DNA of 64,000 bases from Candidatus Iainarchaeum sp. (GCA_018304425.1 JAGVWE010000004.1:1-64000); one strand, 5' to 3'; shown: positions 38,038 to 48,542, counted from the first letter of the stretch. Notes: generated from the letters alone by a model not told the origin. Numbers and translations are program-made.

Positions 38038-40221
38038 ATGGACGTCGCCCAAAAAGTCCTGGAACTCAACGGCTTTGATTCCTTCAACCCCATGCAGGCC
38101 AAGGCCTTGCAGCACGGGGTCCTCGAAAAAAACCTCGTCGTCTCGGCGCCCACCGCCGCAGGTAAAACGGTTCTCGCCGAGCTCGCCGCCTTGGAGTCCA
38201 TCGTCCACCGCAAGAAGAAAGCCGTTTACACGGGCCCGCTCCGCGCCCTCGCCGCCGAGCACTACAACGACTTCAAGCGCAAGTACGCCAAGCCCCTCAA
38301 CGTGCGCGTCACGGTTTCCACGGGTGATTTCGATTCGAGCGGCACTTACCTAGCCAACTATGACCTGATTTTCACGACCTATGAGCGCTTGGATAGCCTC
38401 ATTCGCCACAACGCTTCCTGGTTGCAATCTCTTGGCGTGCTCGTGGTCGACGAAATCCACGAACTCGATTCCGATCGCGGCCCGACCCTGGAAATGGTCA
38501 TCACCAAGCTCCGCCAAATCAACCCACACTTGCAGGTGCTCGCCTTGTCGGCGACCATTCCCAACGCCAAAGACCTTGCCCAGTGGCTCGACGCGGAACT
38601 CGTGGAAAGTGACTATCGCCCTTGCAAGCTCCACGAAGGCGTGTTCTTCGACCAAGGCATCACTTTTTCCGACGAAAAGGTCGAACCCGTTCTCTCCTCG
38701 CACGAGCCCCTGCACGCCTTGGCCGAGGACACCCTGGAAAAGGACAAGCAAGCCCTGGTCTTCGCGAACACGCGCAAGCGCGCGGAAGGCATCGCCAAGC
38801 AGTTGGCGGGCGTCTGCGCGAAGTCCTTGTCCGACGCCGAGAAAAGGCATCTCGCCGTGCAAGCCGAGAAGGCCTTGAACGCCTTGGAGCAGCCCACCGA
38901 GCAATGCCATGCCCTGCACGACTTGCTCGTCAAAGGGGTTTCCTTTCACCACGCGGGCCTGCTCTCCAAGCAAAGGGAAATCGTGGAAGACCTGTTCCGC
39001 GGCGGCCACTTGAAGATCGTCTGCTCGACGCCCACCCTCGCGGCAGGCATCAACATGCCCGCCTACCGCGTCCTCATCCCCAGCGTTTACCGCTACGCGG
39101 AATTCGGTTCCGAGAAAATCCCGGTCCGCGAGTACAAGCAGATGGCCGGCCGCGCGGGAAGGCCAAGGTACGACAAAGAGGGGCAGGCTATCCTCTTGGC
39201 CAAGAACTCCCTTGAACAAGACGAGCTCTTCGAGGCCTTCATCCACGCGGAACCAGAAGAGGTTTCCTCCCAGCTCGCCCACGAGTCCGTCCTCCGCACG
39301 CACGTCTTGGCCTCCGTTGCAGGAAATTTCGTGCGCAACCTCGACTCCCTCGAACAGTTTTTCGGGAAAACCTTCTACGCGCACCAGGCAGGAGGCGTGG
39401 CAGAACTCTTTTTGAAATTGAACGACATTATAGCCTTGCTCGCCGAGATGGGCTTCGTGGAATCCGTGGAAGGCAAGTTTTCCGCGACCAAGCTCGGCCA
39501 CCGGGTCAGCCAACTCTACCTGGACCCGGTCACCGCCCACCGCTTCATCAAGGGCTTGGAGCGCTTCCAGCACGCCGAGCTCTTCTACCTCTACCTCTGG
39601 ACGGACTGCCAGGAAAGCATGCCCTGGCTGTCCGTACCCAAGGCCAAGGAAGCCGAGCTCTGGGAAAGCCTCCAAACCGAGGGCAAGCACCTGCCCATCA
39701 ACGTCGAGGAAGAGATGTTCTCCGACCCCGTTATGTTGAAGAAATTCCATTCGGCGCTCTTCTTAAAGGCCTGGATTGAGGAGGTCTCCGAGCAGAGCCT
39801 TTTGAAGGACTTCAATGTGGCCCCCGGCAACCTCTTCGCGCGCACGCAGAACCTGGACTGGCTGGTCTACGCGACTTCCGAGCTCGCCCAGCTCCTCGAC
39901 TACCGCGAGCACCTCCCCTACGTGAACAAGCTCCGCAAGCGCCTGGCCTCCGGCATCCGTGAGGAACTCATCTACTTGTGCGAGGTCCGCGGCATCGGCC
40001 GGGTGCGCGCCCGCAAGCTGTTCTCCAACAACGTGCGCACCGTGGCCGACCTCAAGAAGATTCCGGTCGACTCCCTGGCCCGCATCCTCTCTCCCAAAGT
40101 CGCCGAGAAAGTCAAGGAACAACTCGGCGTCCCCGAAAAAGTCAGCGCCGCCGAACACCATGCGGCCGCGCGCGCAGCGCGCGAAGAACGCCAAGGCCAG
40201 AGCGTGTTGGGGGAGTTTTAA
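38038..40221 (+). CDS. hel308: Ski2-like DNA helicase Hel308/Hjm
   Basis: APTAAGKT, PLRALA, DEIH, LSAT, FHHAGL, TPTLAAGINMPA, QMAGRAGRP, C-terminal HhH GIGRVRAR. Confidence 0.96.
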   Translation: MDVAQKVLELNGFDSFNPMQAKALQHGVLEKNLVVSAPTAAGKTVLAELAALESIVHRKKKAVYTGPLRALAAEHYNDFKRKYAKPLNVRVTVSTGDFDSSGTYLANYDLIFTTYERLDSLIRHNASWLQSLGVLVVDEIHELDSDRGPTLEMVITKLRQINPHLQVLALSATIPNAKDLAQWLDAELVESDYRPCKLHEGVFFDQGITFSDEKVEPVLSSHEPLHALAEDTLEKDKQALVFANTRKRAEGIAKQLAGVCAKSLSDAEKRHLAVQAEKALNALEQPTEQCHALHDLLVKGVSFHHAGLLSKQREIVEDLFRGGHLKIVCSTPTLAAGINMPAYRVLIPSVYRYAEFGSEKIPVREYKQMAGRAGRPRYDKEGQAILLAKNSLEQDELFEAFIHAEPEEVSSQLAHESVLRTHVLASVAGNFVRNLDSLEQFFGKTFYAHQAGGVAELFLKLNDIIALLAEMGFVESVEGKFSATKLGHRVSQLYLDPVTAHRFIKGLERFQHAELFYLYLWTDCQESMPWLSVPKAKEAELWESLQTEGKHLPINVEEEMFSDPVMLKKFHSALFLKAWIEEVSEQSLLKDFNVAPGNLFARTQNLDWLVYATSELAQLLDYREHLPYVNKLRKRLASGIREELIYLCEVRGIGRVRARKLFSNNVRTVADLKKIPVDSLARILSPKVAEKVKEQLGVPEKVSAAEHHAAARAAREERQGQSVLGEF

Positions 40222-41417
40222 GCAGTAAGCCCCTTCTCGATGGCTTCCTTTATCTTTTTGGCGTCGTAGCCGAGCTTGATGAACCGGGTCTGGCCCTTGA
40301 CGCCCTTCCCAGACTGGGTTGTTAGGATGAGCCCGTACATTTCCAGTTGCGAGATGCACTCCCTATACCAGCGCGAGCTGACCACCGTTTCCTTGAACTT
40401 CTTGGCAATCTTCACGTAGGTGTCGTAGACTTCCCCGCTGTACAAAACCCCTTCCTCGGTTTCCCCGGTCAGGGTCTTGAGGGGCGGCCGTTCCAGCGTC
40501 AAACCCGCAATCGCGTACAACACCAGTTGCTCCTGCTGGGGCAGGGTCAACACCATGTTCAAGATGATTTCCTCTTCCACCAGCCGCTTGGCCCTCCGCA
40601 CCTCTTCCTCGGAGACCCTGGCCAGCCCCTTCTTGTCCGCGAGTTCCCCGGCCCGCATCAACAACATCACGGCCTTCCGCGCGTCCCCCGACTCCTGGGC
40701 GGCGAACGCCGCGGCGAGAGAAACAGCGGCCTCGTCCACGCAGCCCTCGTTGAAGGCCAGCTTCGCCCGCTCGGAGAGGATGGACTTGAGTTCTTCCGCG
40801 TTGTAGGCCGGGAACACCATTTCCTGCTGGCACAAACTCGACTTCGTGCGCGGGTCCAGGTCATCCTTGAACATCACGTTGTTGGAGATGCCGAGGATGC
40901 AGAGGCTCCCCTTCCGGAGTTCGTCGTTGGCGCGGGAGAGCCCATAAATGAGTTCGTCCACGTCCTTCACCTTGTCGACCTCGTCCAGCACCAGCACGAT
41001 GCCTCTGCCCTCCCCGGCAAAGCCGAGGAGTTTCTCGTAGATGAACGCCGCCGAGTAGCCCATGAAGTTGTGTTCGGGGTAAAAGTCTTTCACGATCTTG
41101 GAGAGCACGCGGTACTTGGAGTTGTGGTTGCGGCAGTTGACATAGGTTCCTGACACCTGCGCGTTTTTCTGGCCCGCGAAGTCGAGGAGGTGCGAGAGCA
41201 CGTGCCGCGCGGAAGCCGTTTTCCCCGTGCCCACCTTGCCGTAAATGAAGAGGTTGTCCGCGCGCTTGCCGTTCAACAGCCCCGCGAGTATCTCCGTCAT
41301 CTTCTGGATCTGCTGTTCGCGGAAGAGGAGCTTGTCCGGCGTGTAATGCGGGGTTATGTAGTTGCGGTCGCGGAACACGGTTTCCCTGGCCAGCAGTTGT
41401 TCGAACAGGTTCGCCAT
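40218..41417 (-). CDS. cdc6: Orc1/Cdc6 replication initiator
   Basis: YTPDKLLFRE, YGKVGTGKT, VLDEVD, LDPRTKSSL, FPAYNAEEL, GDARKA, C-terminal wH. Confidence 0.96.
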   Translation of the reverse strand: MANLFEQLLARETVFRDRNYITPHYTPDKLLFREQQIQKMTEILAGLLNGKRADNLFIYGKVGTGKTASARHVLSHLLDFAGQKNAQVSGTYVNCRNHNSKYRVLSKIVKDFYPEHNFMGYSAAFIYEKLLGFAGEGRGIVLVLDEVDKVKDVDELIYGLSRANDELRKGSLCILGISNNVMFKDDLDPRTKSSLCQQEMVFPAYNAEELKSILSERAKLAFNEGCVDEAAVSLAAAFAAQESGDARKAVMLLMRAGELADKKGLARVSEEEVRRAKRLVEEEIILNMVLTLPQQEQLVLYAIAGLTLERPPLKTLTGETEEGVLYSGEVYDTYVKIAKKFKETVVSSRWYRECISQLEMYGLILTTQSGKGVKGQTRFIKLGYDAKKIKEAIEKGLTA

Positions 41418-41656
41418 CCGTTCTAATTCACTGGGAGCTTGTTAAAAGAAGTTCGAGTAAAGGAAGTGAACCACTTCCGCTTCTATGACTTTGGTTTCAC
41501 AACCAACCCATTTTGTTCCGCGGCCCGTTTTGCGTGGATTTCGCCATCAAAAGGCTTAAATTATGGATTGGGTAATAAATATACCTGGTTGTTTATTGCC
41601 TTTGGCGGCGTTTAATCGTTGAAGGCATTAGCTGCTGCAAACGAGGGGTGATAGTG

Positions 41657-42019
41657 TTGGGTTTCTTAGAGAAAATCCTGAAGCCGAAGACAAGCGAAAT
41701 CGACATCGAGGAATTCCTGAACAACTTGGACGTCGAAGAAGAGTCCATGTACGACAACGCGGACGCCTTTGTCAAGCCCATGACCTTGGAGAAGGACACG
41801 GACAAGGACATGGTCATCGACGAAGTCAAGAAGGGCAACATAATCCTGCTCAACATCGCTGACCTCTCGAAGAGGAACGCCGTCAAGCTCCGCGACATGG
41901 TGAACCTCATCAAGAAACAGGTGGACGCCTTGGACGGCGACATCGCGAGAATCTCGCAGGACCGCGTCCTCATCACGCCGGCAAGGGTCAAGATCATCAA
42001 GAAACGAGAGACCATGTAA
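41657..42019 (+). CDS. sepF: Cell division protein SepF
   Basis: VKKGNIILLNI..LDGDIARISQDRVLITP. Confidence 0.9.
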   Translation: MGFLEKILKPKTSEIDIEEFLNNLDVEEESMYDNADAFVKPMTLEKDTDKDMVIDEVKKGNIILLNIADLSKRNAVKLRDMVNLIKKQVDALDGDIARISQDRVLITPARVKIIKKRETM

Positions 42020-42067
42020 GGGCCTTGCCGGTTCTCTTCCCCTCGTTGAGCAGCAAGGAGCCATTGC

Positions 42068-42826
42068 ATGTACCTTGACCGGCCGGCTTTCTCGGTTTCC
42101 TTTCCCCTGGAAAGCTGCCTGGAAGAAATCGAGTCCCTCATCAAGTCCAAGCACTGGACCAAGTTCGAAGTGGCCAGCGTCAGCCTCGTCTACGCGCCCT
42201 TCTTCTTCTTCAACTACTATTCCTACCTAGAGGAAAAGCGCGAGGACATGGAGCAGGCCGTGGTATCGGACACCGCCGGGGGAACCATGGCCATGGACGC
42301 CCAGACCAATGAACTCGACGAGGGCATGGCCTCCTTGTTCGAGGAAGAAGTGCCCCTGACCTCGCACCGACCCCCCGAGGGCTACAAGTTCGAGGTCGAG
42401 CGGCCCCTGACCAGCGAACGGGACGCCCCCCAAATCGCGCAAATCAAGCTCGCGCACAAGCTCGAGCTCCCCAAGGACCACGTCATCGTCTCCGGCCTCA
42501 AAACCGTGTACGTGCCCATCTGGGTGGCTTCGGTTTCGGTCGCGGAAGGCAATTACCGCCTCGAATTAAGCGCCGTGAACGGCGAGCTCCTCAGCGAAGC
42601 CGAAATCCCTGAACGGGAGAAGGGCTGGCTGGAGGTAACCGCGGAAACCCTTTCCGAACTCAAGGAACCCGGGGCCTGGGTGCGCTACTCGGCTTCCGTG
42701 GGAAACACGGTCTTTGACTCCCTGGTCAACAACCCGCTCACGCAGTCCATGATGTCCAACAGGCAACTCCAAATCCTGTTGCTCGCGGTCATCGCGGTCT
42801 GGCTGTTCTTCAACATCAGGTCCTGA
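42068..42826 (+). CDS. Hypothetical protein with C-terminal TM
   Basis: 252 aa, genome-typical codon use; two VYxP..DA/SA.xG-like repeats. Confidence 0.8.
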   Translation: MYLDRPAFSVSFPLESCLEEIESLIKSKHWTKFEVASVSLVYAPFFFFNYYSYLEEKREDMEQAVVSDTAGGTMAMDAQTNELDEGMASLFEEEVPLTSHRPPEGYKFEVERPLTSERDAPQIAQIKLAHKLELPKDHVIVSGLKTVYVPIWVASVSVAEGNYRLELSAVNGELLSEAEIPEREKGWLEVTAETLSELKEPGAWVRYSASVGNTVFDSLVNNPLTQSMMSNRQLQILLLAVIAVWLFFNIRS

Positions 42827-42827
42827 T

Positions 42828-45800
42828 TCACGCGAATTCGAGCAGGCTCTTCTGCTCTGATTTCTCGTTGGAGAAGATGCTGTTCACTTCTTTTTCGATG
42901 AGTTTGAGCCGCTGCCGCAGGTAATCAGACAAGTCGTATTGGTGGATGATTTGCTTGGCGATGTCGATGTATTTCCGGACCGAGCCCTGGGCGATGGTGA
43001 GGATGATGTTGCCCCCGCACTTCGTGCACTTCCCGACGAGGGGCACGCGCCGGAACTTGTAATTGCATTTCGTGCACCGGAAGTTCTGCCTCGAGAACGC
43101 GCGGGCGTTTCCCACGATGTCGGGCAGGAAATGAGAAACAAGCACCCGTTCTAGGGAGTCGCGGAGGCTCACCGCCCTAATCATGGCCTGCAGCTTGGCC
43201 TGGGTCTTGATCTTTTCCTCCATGGAACCCAACTGGATGTACTTGGACACCTTGGGGCCAGCATCGAAGACGCTGGTTTCATGCGTGAACCCGATGCCCG
43301 AATACTGGCCGGGCTTGCCCAACCGCATCTTCACGGTCTCGATGGAGTCCAGCTTGGGCATCACCAGCTTCTGGGACTGCTCGTAGAGTTCCAGGGGATA
43401 AGCCGTGCACACCTCCATGTTGTGCACTTCGTCGTCTATTTCGTTGGGGTCCAAGGCAACCGTGAACGCGAGGGGCGCGTCCATCCGGCCGCCGCGGCTC
43501 GCCGAGAGGTAGGCTTCGCTGAAGTTCAGCAGGCCATCCATCAACAGCATGATGCTGTCCTGGTCGCCGTCGATGTTCCTTCGCTTGACCTGGTGGAAGT
43601 AAGGATGCCCGAAGCACAGCCGCGCCTCCGTGTACCCGATGATCCGGCCGACGATGGCCGCGGACGTGTGGGGCGCGAGTCCCAGCACCAGTTCCCCGAC
43701 CAGGTCCTCGCGCGACGAGCACTTGTACTTCCGTTCCACGCCGAAAAACTTTTCCAGCAGGTCGTCGATGAACTTGGTGTCCCGGACGAGGAAGTCTCCG
43801 GCCTCCTTGTGGATGACGATGTCCTGGGGGAATATTTCCAGGAGCTGCGTGCCCTCCGTGAGTTCCCTGCCATGCAAGTCCCGGTCATAGCCGAGGGCCC
43901 TGGCCTTTTCCACGCTCAAGCCTATTTCCTGGGGCTTGAAGTGGGTGAGGGGCGCGTTCAACAACTCGTAGCGGATGGTTCCGTCCCGGAACACGTGCAG
44001 GTCGTAGAGCGCGCGGAGGATGCCTTTCTCGAGGGGTTCTGGCACCTTGGCCTCGTTGATGAGCCCCTTGACTCCCTTCACGAGTTCGGGGAACCGGGTG
44101 TTGAGGTCGTGCACCGCGGCCTCGACCACCGCGTTCAAGTCAATCTTTCGCTTGGTGTAGTGCTTCATGGGCACGCTGCATTTGGGGCACTTCTCCTTGG
44201 GCGCGTTGAGGCCGCACTTCGGGCAAACCGTCTGGAGGACGGTTCTGGCCTTGCAGTCCCGGCAGTAATAGTAGGGCATGGTCTTCCGGCAACCGGGGCA
44301 CACGTAGTGCGCGATGTCCACTTCCACGACCCCGGTGGACTGCCGTTTCGCGTCCTGCGAGTTCATGGCCTTGTTGATGCTTCGAATGTTTTCCCCGGCC
44401 AAGCCGATGGGGAACAACACGTGGGGGTTTCCCACCATCTTCCGGGGCCGGCTGGTCTCAGGTCTACCCATCCGTGCCCCAATGAAGGTGCCCCCCTTGT
44501 CTCGAATCGTGAGGCCCGACAGCCGGCTCAGGCATTCCAGGACGTCATGGGTGTCGCCTGGCTTTTCATCCGCCAATGCGCCCACCGTCTTGAGGAAGGG
44601 ATAGGCCTGGGTTTCCCCCACTACCAGGGCTCCGTTCACGGGCTTGTGCGGCAACCCAATCCGTTCCAGGAGCTTCTTCAACTCCTCGTCGAAGGCCAGT
44701 TCCGCGCCCACGATCCGGGTTTCGTCGAACACCTTGTTCGCGGCCTTGGCCTTCTCAATCAGGTAGAGGAGCTCGTCGCGGTTGAGCGCCTTGTAATAGT
44801 GGACATACTTCGGATGCAATGGGATGCCGAGTTGCAGGGAGAGCTCCACGGCCGTGGCGCCGTCCACGTCCTTCGGGTTTTTCAGGACCGGTCCGAGTTC
44901 AATGCCCTCCACTTTTTTTCCTTCAGCCAGCTGCTTTTGCAGTTCCAGCAGCCACCATTCCTCGCAATAGCCTGCCGGCATCAGGGGGTGCGCGGCCTGC
45001 TTGAAGTCGCCATAGGAGACCAGCAGGTCCCCCAGGAAAAGCACTTCCTTGACCTGGTCCAGGCACTGCCTGGCTTCTTCGAGGGAATGCAGTTGCCGGA
45101 CTTCGCCGGAAGCCAGCCGCACGATCGGCCCCTCAATGGAGTCACAGGGGAACACGCCCGCGCTCTTCCCCGGTCGCTCCACTTTAAGCTGCACCCCCAC
45201 CGAAATGAATTCATCGCTTAACACCATGGTGGCCGGGTGCAGGCCCTTTCCCATGATGCCCGAGTTCCGCGTCCGCCCATACCTCAACCGGAAGCCGCCC
45301 ATCCTGGAAGGATAGGCGAAGATGGGCCTACCGGCGGCAATCCGCGTCAGGTAACTGTAGCTGGGTTCGACGTTGATTTCTTTTTCCCCGCCCTTGCCGA
45401 TTTTGATGATTTGCTCGAGCCACCCCCAGTCCAGGCCCAGCCGCTTCGCCATCTGCAAAATCTTCATGGCCTTCAAGGCGATGCCCTCGCTTAACACGAG
45501 GCACATGCCGCCCCGCACCCGGTTGCTGTGCACGCGTTCCAGGTTCCGGTAATCGCTTACCTCCCGTTCCTCGGTGGGCTCTCCATTGATGCAGACCGGG
45601 CAGCCGCGGATGATTTTCCGCACTTCCTCGCCGGACAACTTGTATTGCCGCGTGAAAATCTCGTCGTAGACCGCGCATTCCTCGACATACCGTTCCACTT
45701 CCTCGTCGGTCGGCTTGTACCGGTCCAAGCCCAGGAGCTTCCGCGCGTAATCCCCGAGGATGAGCGGCAGCACCGTGGCCGTTCCCCCCGCGGCCCGGAT

Positions 45801-46259
45801 GGGGCCCGCGAAATAGATGTCCACGTAGGGGCTCCCGTCATAGTTCTTGCTGATTTTCACACTCGGCACCCCGTCCAGGGGGGCCACCACCACGCCCTCG
45901 GTCACCAGCACGAGGGAGGTCTTCACGGCCTGTTCCAGCCGCTTCTCGGCGGTCTCGAAGTCGCCGAGTTTCTTGTCCAGGATTTCCTCGAAAATCGTGA
46001 AAATGCAGTTCAACCGGTCCTTCCTCTCTGCGAACAACTCCCGATATCTCTTCGCCACGCCGGGGGGGCCGATGATTTGCTCGCACCGGTCAGCCAAGTC
46101 CATGGCCGGCTTGGACTCCACCAAGGCGGTTGCGTCCCTGCCCGTGGCCTTCGCCTTTTCCGCCCAGGCATACTGTTCCGCCACCTGGTCATACAAGCGG
46201 TTATAGTAGGCGTTCACCTGGGGTTCGGCCTTCAAGTTCAGGTTGATGCCGCGCTTCAT
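42828..46259 (-). CDS. polC: DNA polymerase D large subunit DP2 (no intein)
   Basis: TEGVVVAP, FAGPIRAAGGT, GGFRLRYGR, GARMGRPE, DGTIRY, LAPHTSA, RRNIDGDQD, RGGRMDAP, Zn fingers. Confidence 0.97.
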   Translation of the reverse strand: MKRGINLNLKAEPQVNAYYNRLYDQVAEQYAWAEKAKATGRDATALVESKPAMDLADRCEQIIGPPGVAKRYRELFAERKDRLNCIFTIFEEILDKKLGDFETAEKRLEQAVKTSLVLVTEGVVVAPLDGVPSVKISKNYDGSPYVDIYFAGPIRAAGGTATVLPLILGDYARKLLGLDRYKPTDEEVERYVEECAVYDEIFTRQYKLSGEEVRKIIRGCPVCINGEPTEEREVSDYRNLERVHSNRVRGGMCLVLSEGIALKAMKILQMAKRLGLDWGWLEQIIKIGKGGEKEINVEPSYSYLTRIAAGRPIFAYPSRMGGFRLRYGRTRNSGIMGKGLHPATMVLSDEFISVGVQLKVERPGKSAGVFPCDSIEGPIVRLASGEVRQLHSLEEARQCLDQVKEVLFLGDLLVSYGDFKQAAHPLMPAGYCEEWWLLELQKQLAEGKKVEGIELGPVLKNPKDVDGATAVELSLQLGIPLHPKYVHYYKALNRDELLYLIEKAKAANKVFDETRIVGAELAFDEELKKLLERIGLPHKPVNGALVVGETQAYPFLKTVGALADEKPGDTHDVLECLSRLSGLTIRDKGGTFIGARMGRPETSRPRKMVGNPHVLFPIGLAGENIRSINKAMNSQDAKRQSTGVVEVDIAHYVCPGCRKTMPYYYCRDCKARTVLQTVCPKCGLNAPKEKCPKCSVPMKHYTKRKIDLNAVVEAAVHDLNTRFPELVKGVKGLINEAKVPEPLEKGILRALYDLHVFRDGTIRYELLNAPLTHFKPQEIGLSVEKARALGYDRDLHGRELTEGTQLLEIFPQDIVIHKEAGDFLVRDTKFIDDLLEKFFGVERKYKCSSREDLVGELVLGLAPHTSAAIVGRIIGYTEARLCFGHPYFHQVKRRNIDGDQDSIMLLMDGLLNFSEAYLSASRGGRMDAPLAFTVALDPNEIDDEVHNMEVCTAYPLELYEQSQKLVMPKLDSIETVKMRLGKPGQYSGIGFTHETSVFDAGPKVSKYIQLGSMEEKIKTQAKLQAMIRAVSLRDSLERVLVSHFLPDIVGNARAFSRQNFRCTKCNYKFRRVPLVGKCTKCGGNIILTIAQGSVRKYIDIAKQIIHQYDLSDYLRQRLKLIEKEVNSIFSNEKSEQKSLLEFA

Positions 46260-47023
46260 GGTTTCAGCCTCGCCCTGCCTTTCTTGAACCGGTGTGCTTC
46301 TTCTTTGAACAATTTTTTCCATTGCGTGAGCAGTCCATCGTATTGGCGTTTCAATTCAGGGGTTTCCTGTATGCCCTGCCATATAAGGGGCCACAAGATG
46401 AAGTTTGCATTGGTCTTCCACGCCCTGGCATCCACTGGGTGGCCTGCTGGGCGCGGCAAAATCGTCACCAGTTGTTCGAACCTCCTCCGCTGTTGCATGA
46501 ACCGGATGGCGTTTCCTTCCAGTGCAATGTCTGGCTTGCCGGCCGCCAGCATCTTTCGAAAGCTTCGCCTGGTGCGCAGGCCATCCATCCAGACCAGGTC
46601 TGCCTCCATCATGTCCAGGATGGACTCCAGGGTGATGCGGAAGGCTTCCTGTAGCCGTGGCGGCAATTCACTGAATTTCATGGGCCGGTCCAGCGCGTAC
46701 CGGTTGCGTGCCCCGCCAAATTTTTTTTCAAGCCAGGCCTTGCGGTCCACCTCTGGCCGCCGGTCAAGCGGAAGGGCCATGTCAGGGGAGGGTTGAACGG
46801 CGAAGAGTGGCCTTCCAACCACCAACCCGATGGCCTCGCGTCGCCTGGCCCGCGCGAAGTGCTTGGCCCTTAACCGCTTGTCTTTCAGCATCTGGTAAGG
46901 TGCCTGCAGGACGGCTTTAACGGGCTTGAGTGCGCGGCCAGCCGCCTCCACCCCCAACAAGTATTTTTGTCGGGTGCGGCGCCTCGCCCGTGACCAGGCC
47001 TTTGTCAGCCTATTGCTCGCCAT
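46256..47023 (-). CDS. Arg-rich orphan between DP1 and DP2
   Basis: 255 aa from ATG 47023; overlaps the DP1 stop and has an ATGA overlap with the DP2 start. Confidence 0.7.
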   Translation of the reverse strand: MASNRLTKAWSRARRRTRQKYLLGVEAAGRALKPVKAVLQAPYQMLKDKRLRAKHFARARRREAIGLVVGRPLFAVQPSPDMALPLDRRPEVDRKAWLEKKFGGARNRYALDRPMKFSELPPRLQEAFRITLESILDMMEADLVWMDGLRTRRSFRKMLAAGKPDIALEGNAIRFMQQRRRFEQLVTILPRPAGHPVDARAWKTNANFILWPLIWQGIQETPELKRQYDGLLTQWKKLFKEEAHRFKKGRARLKP

Positions 47024-48527
47024 AAAATCGTTTCTCCTCGATGTTCCCCGTGTTGAGGTGGACGATGGCCACCCGGCCAGGCGTGGGCACGTGGCCTTTC
47101 TCGGACTGGAACTTGGTCGCGGTCTGCCAGGTGCCGTTCGCGACCACCAGGCAGCCGCGGTAGCTGTCGTAGCCATTCCGGTGCATGTCCCCGGCAATGA
47201 ACAGGTCGGGTTCCAGGCGCAGGAGCATGTAGTCCTTTTTCTCCGGGATGTAGATGTTTTTCAGGCCATAGCCGACCATCAAGTCCCTTCGCTTCAGCAA
47301 TTCCACCAACGCCTTCTCCGGGTTCTTGGGAGAGAGGAAGTTGACCGCGGCATACAGGTCGTGCACGGAACTGCCGTGGTAGACCAGCACGTTCAAGCCC
47401 TCCACTTCCACCCAGGCCGGGCTGCCAACGAAGTGCACGTTGCCGGCTTCGCGGAGTTCCGGCACGAATTCAGGCGGGATGGCGGGCTGGGGTTCGGCTC
47501 GCCGCACGGCGTCATGCTGGCCCGGGCACACGATGACCTGGATGTGCTTGGGCACGGCCTGCAGGTAGGCGGAAAACTTCCGGTACTGCTCGAAAATGTC
47601 TTTGACGGCCAGTTCATCGAATTGGTCGGGGTAAATGCCGACGCCGTCCACGCAGTCGCCGGCAATGACCAGGTAACGGATTTTCTTCACCAGTTCCGAA
47701 TCCTTCTCGTTCTCCGTCTTGCCGTTCAGCCACTCGATGAAGGCCGTGAACTCTTTTTCGAGGAACAACTTGCTGCCCACGTGGAGGTCGGAAATGCTTG
47801 CCAGGCAGACGTCGCGCTCTGCCTTCCGGAACGGCCGTTGCGGTAGGTCCGGTAGGAACAAGTCGTTGGCAATCACCATTTCCGGCCCGATTTTCTGGCC
47901 GCGCACGCCTATCACGGCGTCCTGCAGGATGCGCTCCGTGTAGGAAACGAGTTCCTTGTTTTCCTTGGAGATGACCACAATCAATTCGGTTTCAAGGTCT
48001 TCCAGCCGCAGAATCTGGTTGCCGTTCTTGCTCTCCCATTTCTCGTTGACCATGCCAATCAGGTCGCAGGCGGTCTTGGGCGGCAGCATTTTCACGCTGT
48101 CCAGGCCCTTGGGCTGGAAGCCCTGCCGTTTCCGCAGCAGGCCGCTGAGGAACTCGAATTTGTCGCGAAAGAAGCCGATGAAGTCCCGGATGCTGCCCTC
48201 TGACGTGCTCTTGTCGGTTACGTCGAGTTCCCAGAGAATCCGGTAACGCGCGTCGCTTTCCCTGGCTCCCGCCTTCAAGGCGGCCTTGTCCAGGTGGAGG
48301 GCCTCGGGTTCCGCGACCAACTTGGTTTCGAGCGCGACGATGGCCTTGTTGACCGACTCCTCGGTGAGCATGAAGGTGGTCAACGCGAGCCGGTCCACGA
48401 CTTCCCGGTACTGCGGGAACCGGGCCAGCAGCTTCAAGGCCTTTTCGTCCACGAGCACCTGCTTCTGGGTGGCGTAGGCTAGCACTTCTTCATCGGTTGC
48501 CGGTTCATGAATGGCCGTTGCTTCCAC
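47010..48527 (-). CDS. polB: DNA polymerase D small subunit DP1
   Basis: OB fold; ISDLHVGS, AGDCVDGVGIYPDQ, PGQHD, YHGSS, GDMH. Confidence 0.96.
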   Translation of the reverse strand: MEATAIHEPATDEEVLAYATQKQVLVDEKALKLLARFPQYREVVDRLALTTFMLTEESVNKAIVALETKLVAEPEALHLDKAALKAGARESDARYRILWELDVTDKSTSEGSIRDFIGFFRDKFEFLSGLLRKRQGFQPKGLDSVKMLPPKTACDLIGMVNEKWESKNGNQILRLEDLETELIVVISKENKELVSYTERILQDAVIGVRGQKIGPEMVIANDLFLPDLPQRPFRKAERDVCLASISDLHVGSKLFLEKEFTAFIEWLNGKTENEKDSELVKKIRYLVIAGDCVDGVGIYPDQFDELAVKDIFEQYRKFSAYLQAVPKHIQVIVCPGQHDAVRRAEPQPAIPPEFVPELREAGNVHFVGSPAWVEVEGLNVLVYHGSSVHDLYAAVNFLSPKNPEKALVELLKRRDLMVGYGLKNIYIPEKKDYMLLRLEPDLFIAGDMHRNGYDSYRGCLVVANGTWQTATKFQSEKGHVPTPGRVAIVHLNTGNIEEKRFYGEQ

Positions 48528-48542
48528 GAAGACCCCCGCACG

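Noticed and set aside
42828-46259. Intein in DP2
   Set aside because: Length and motifs are continuous; no intein splice or LAGLIDADG motifs
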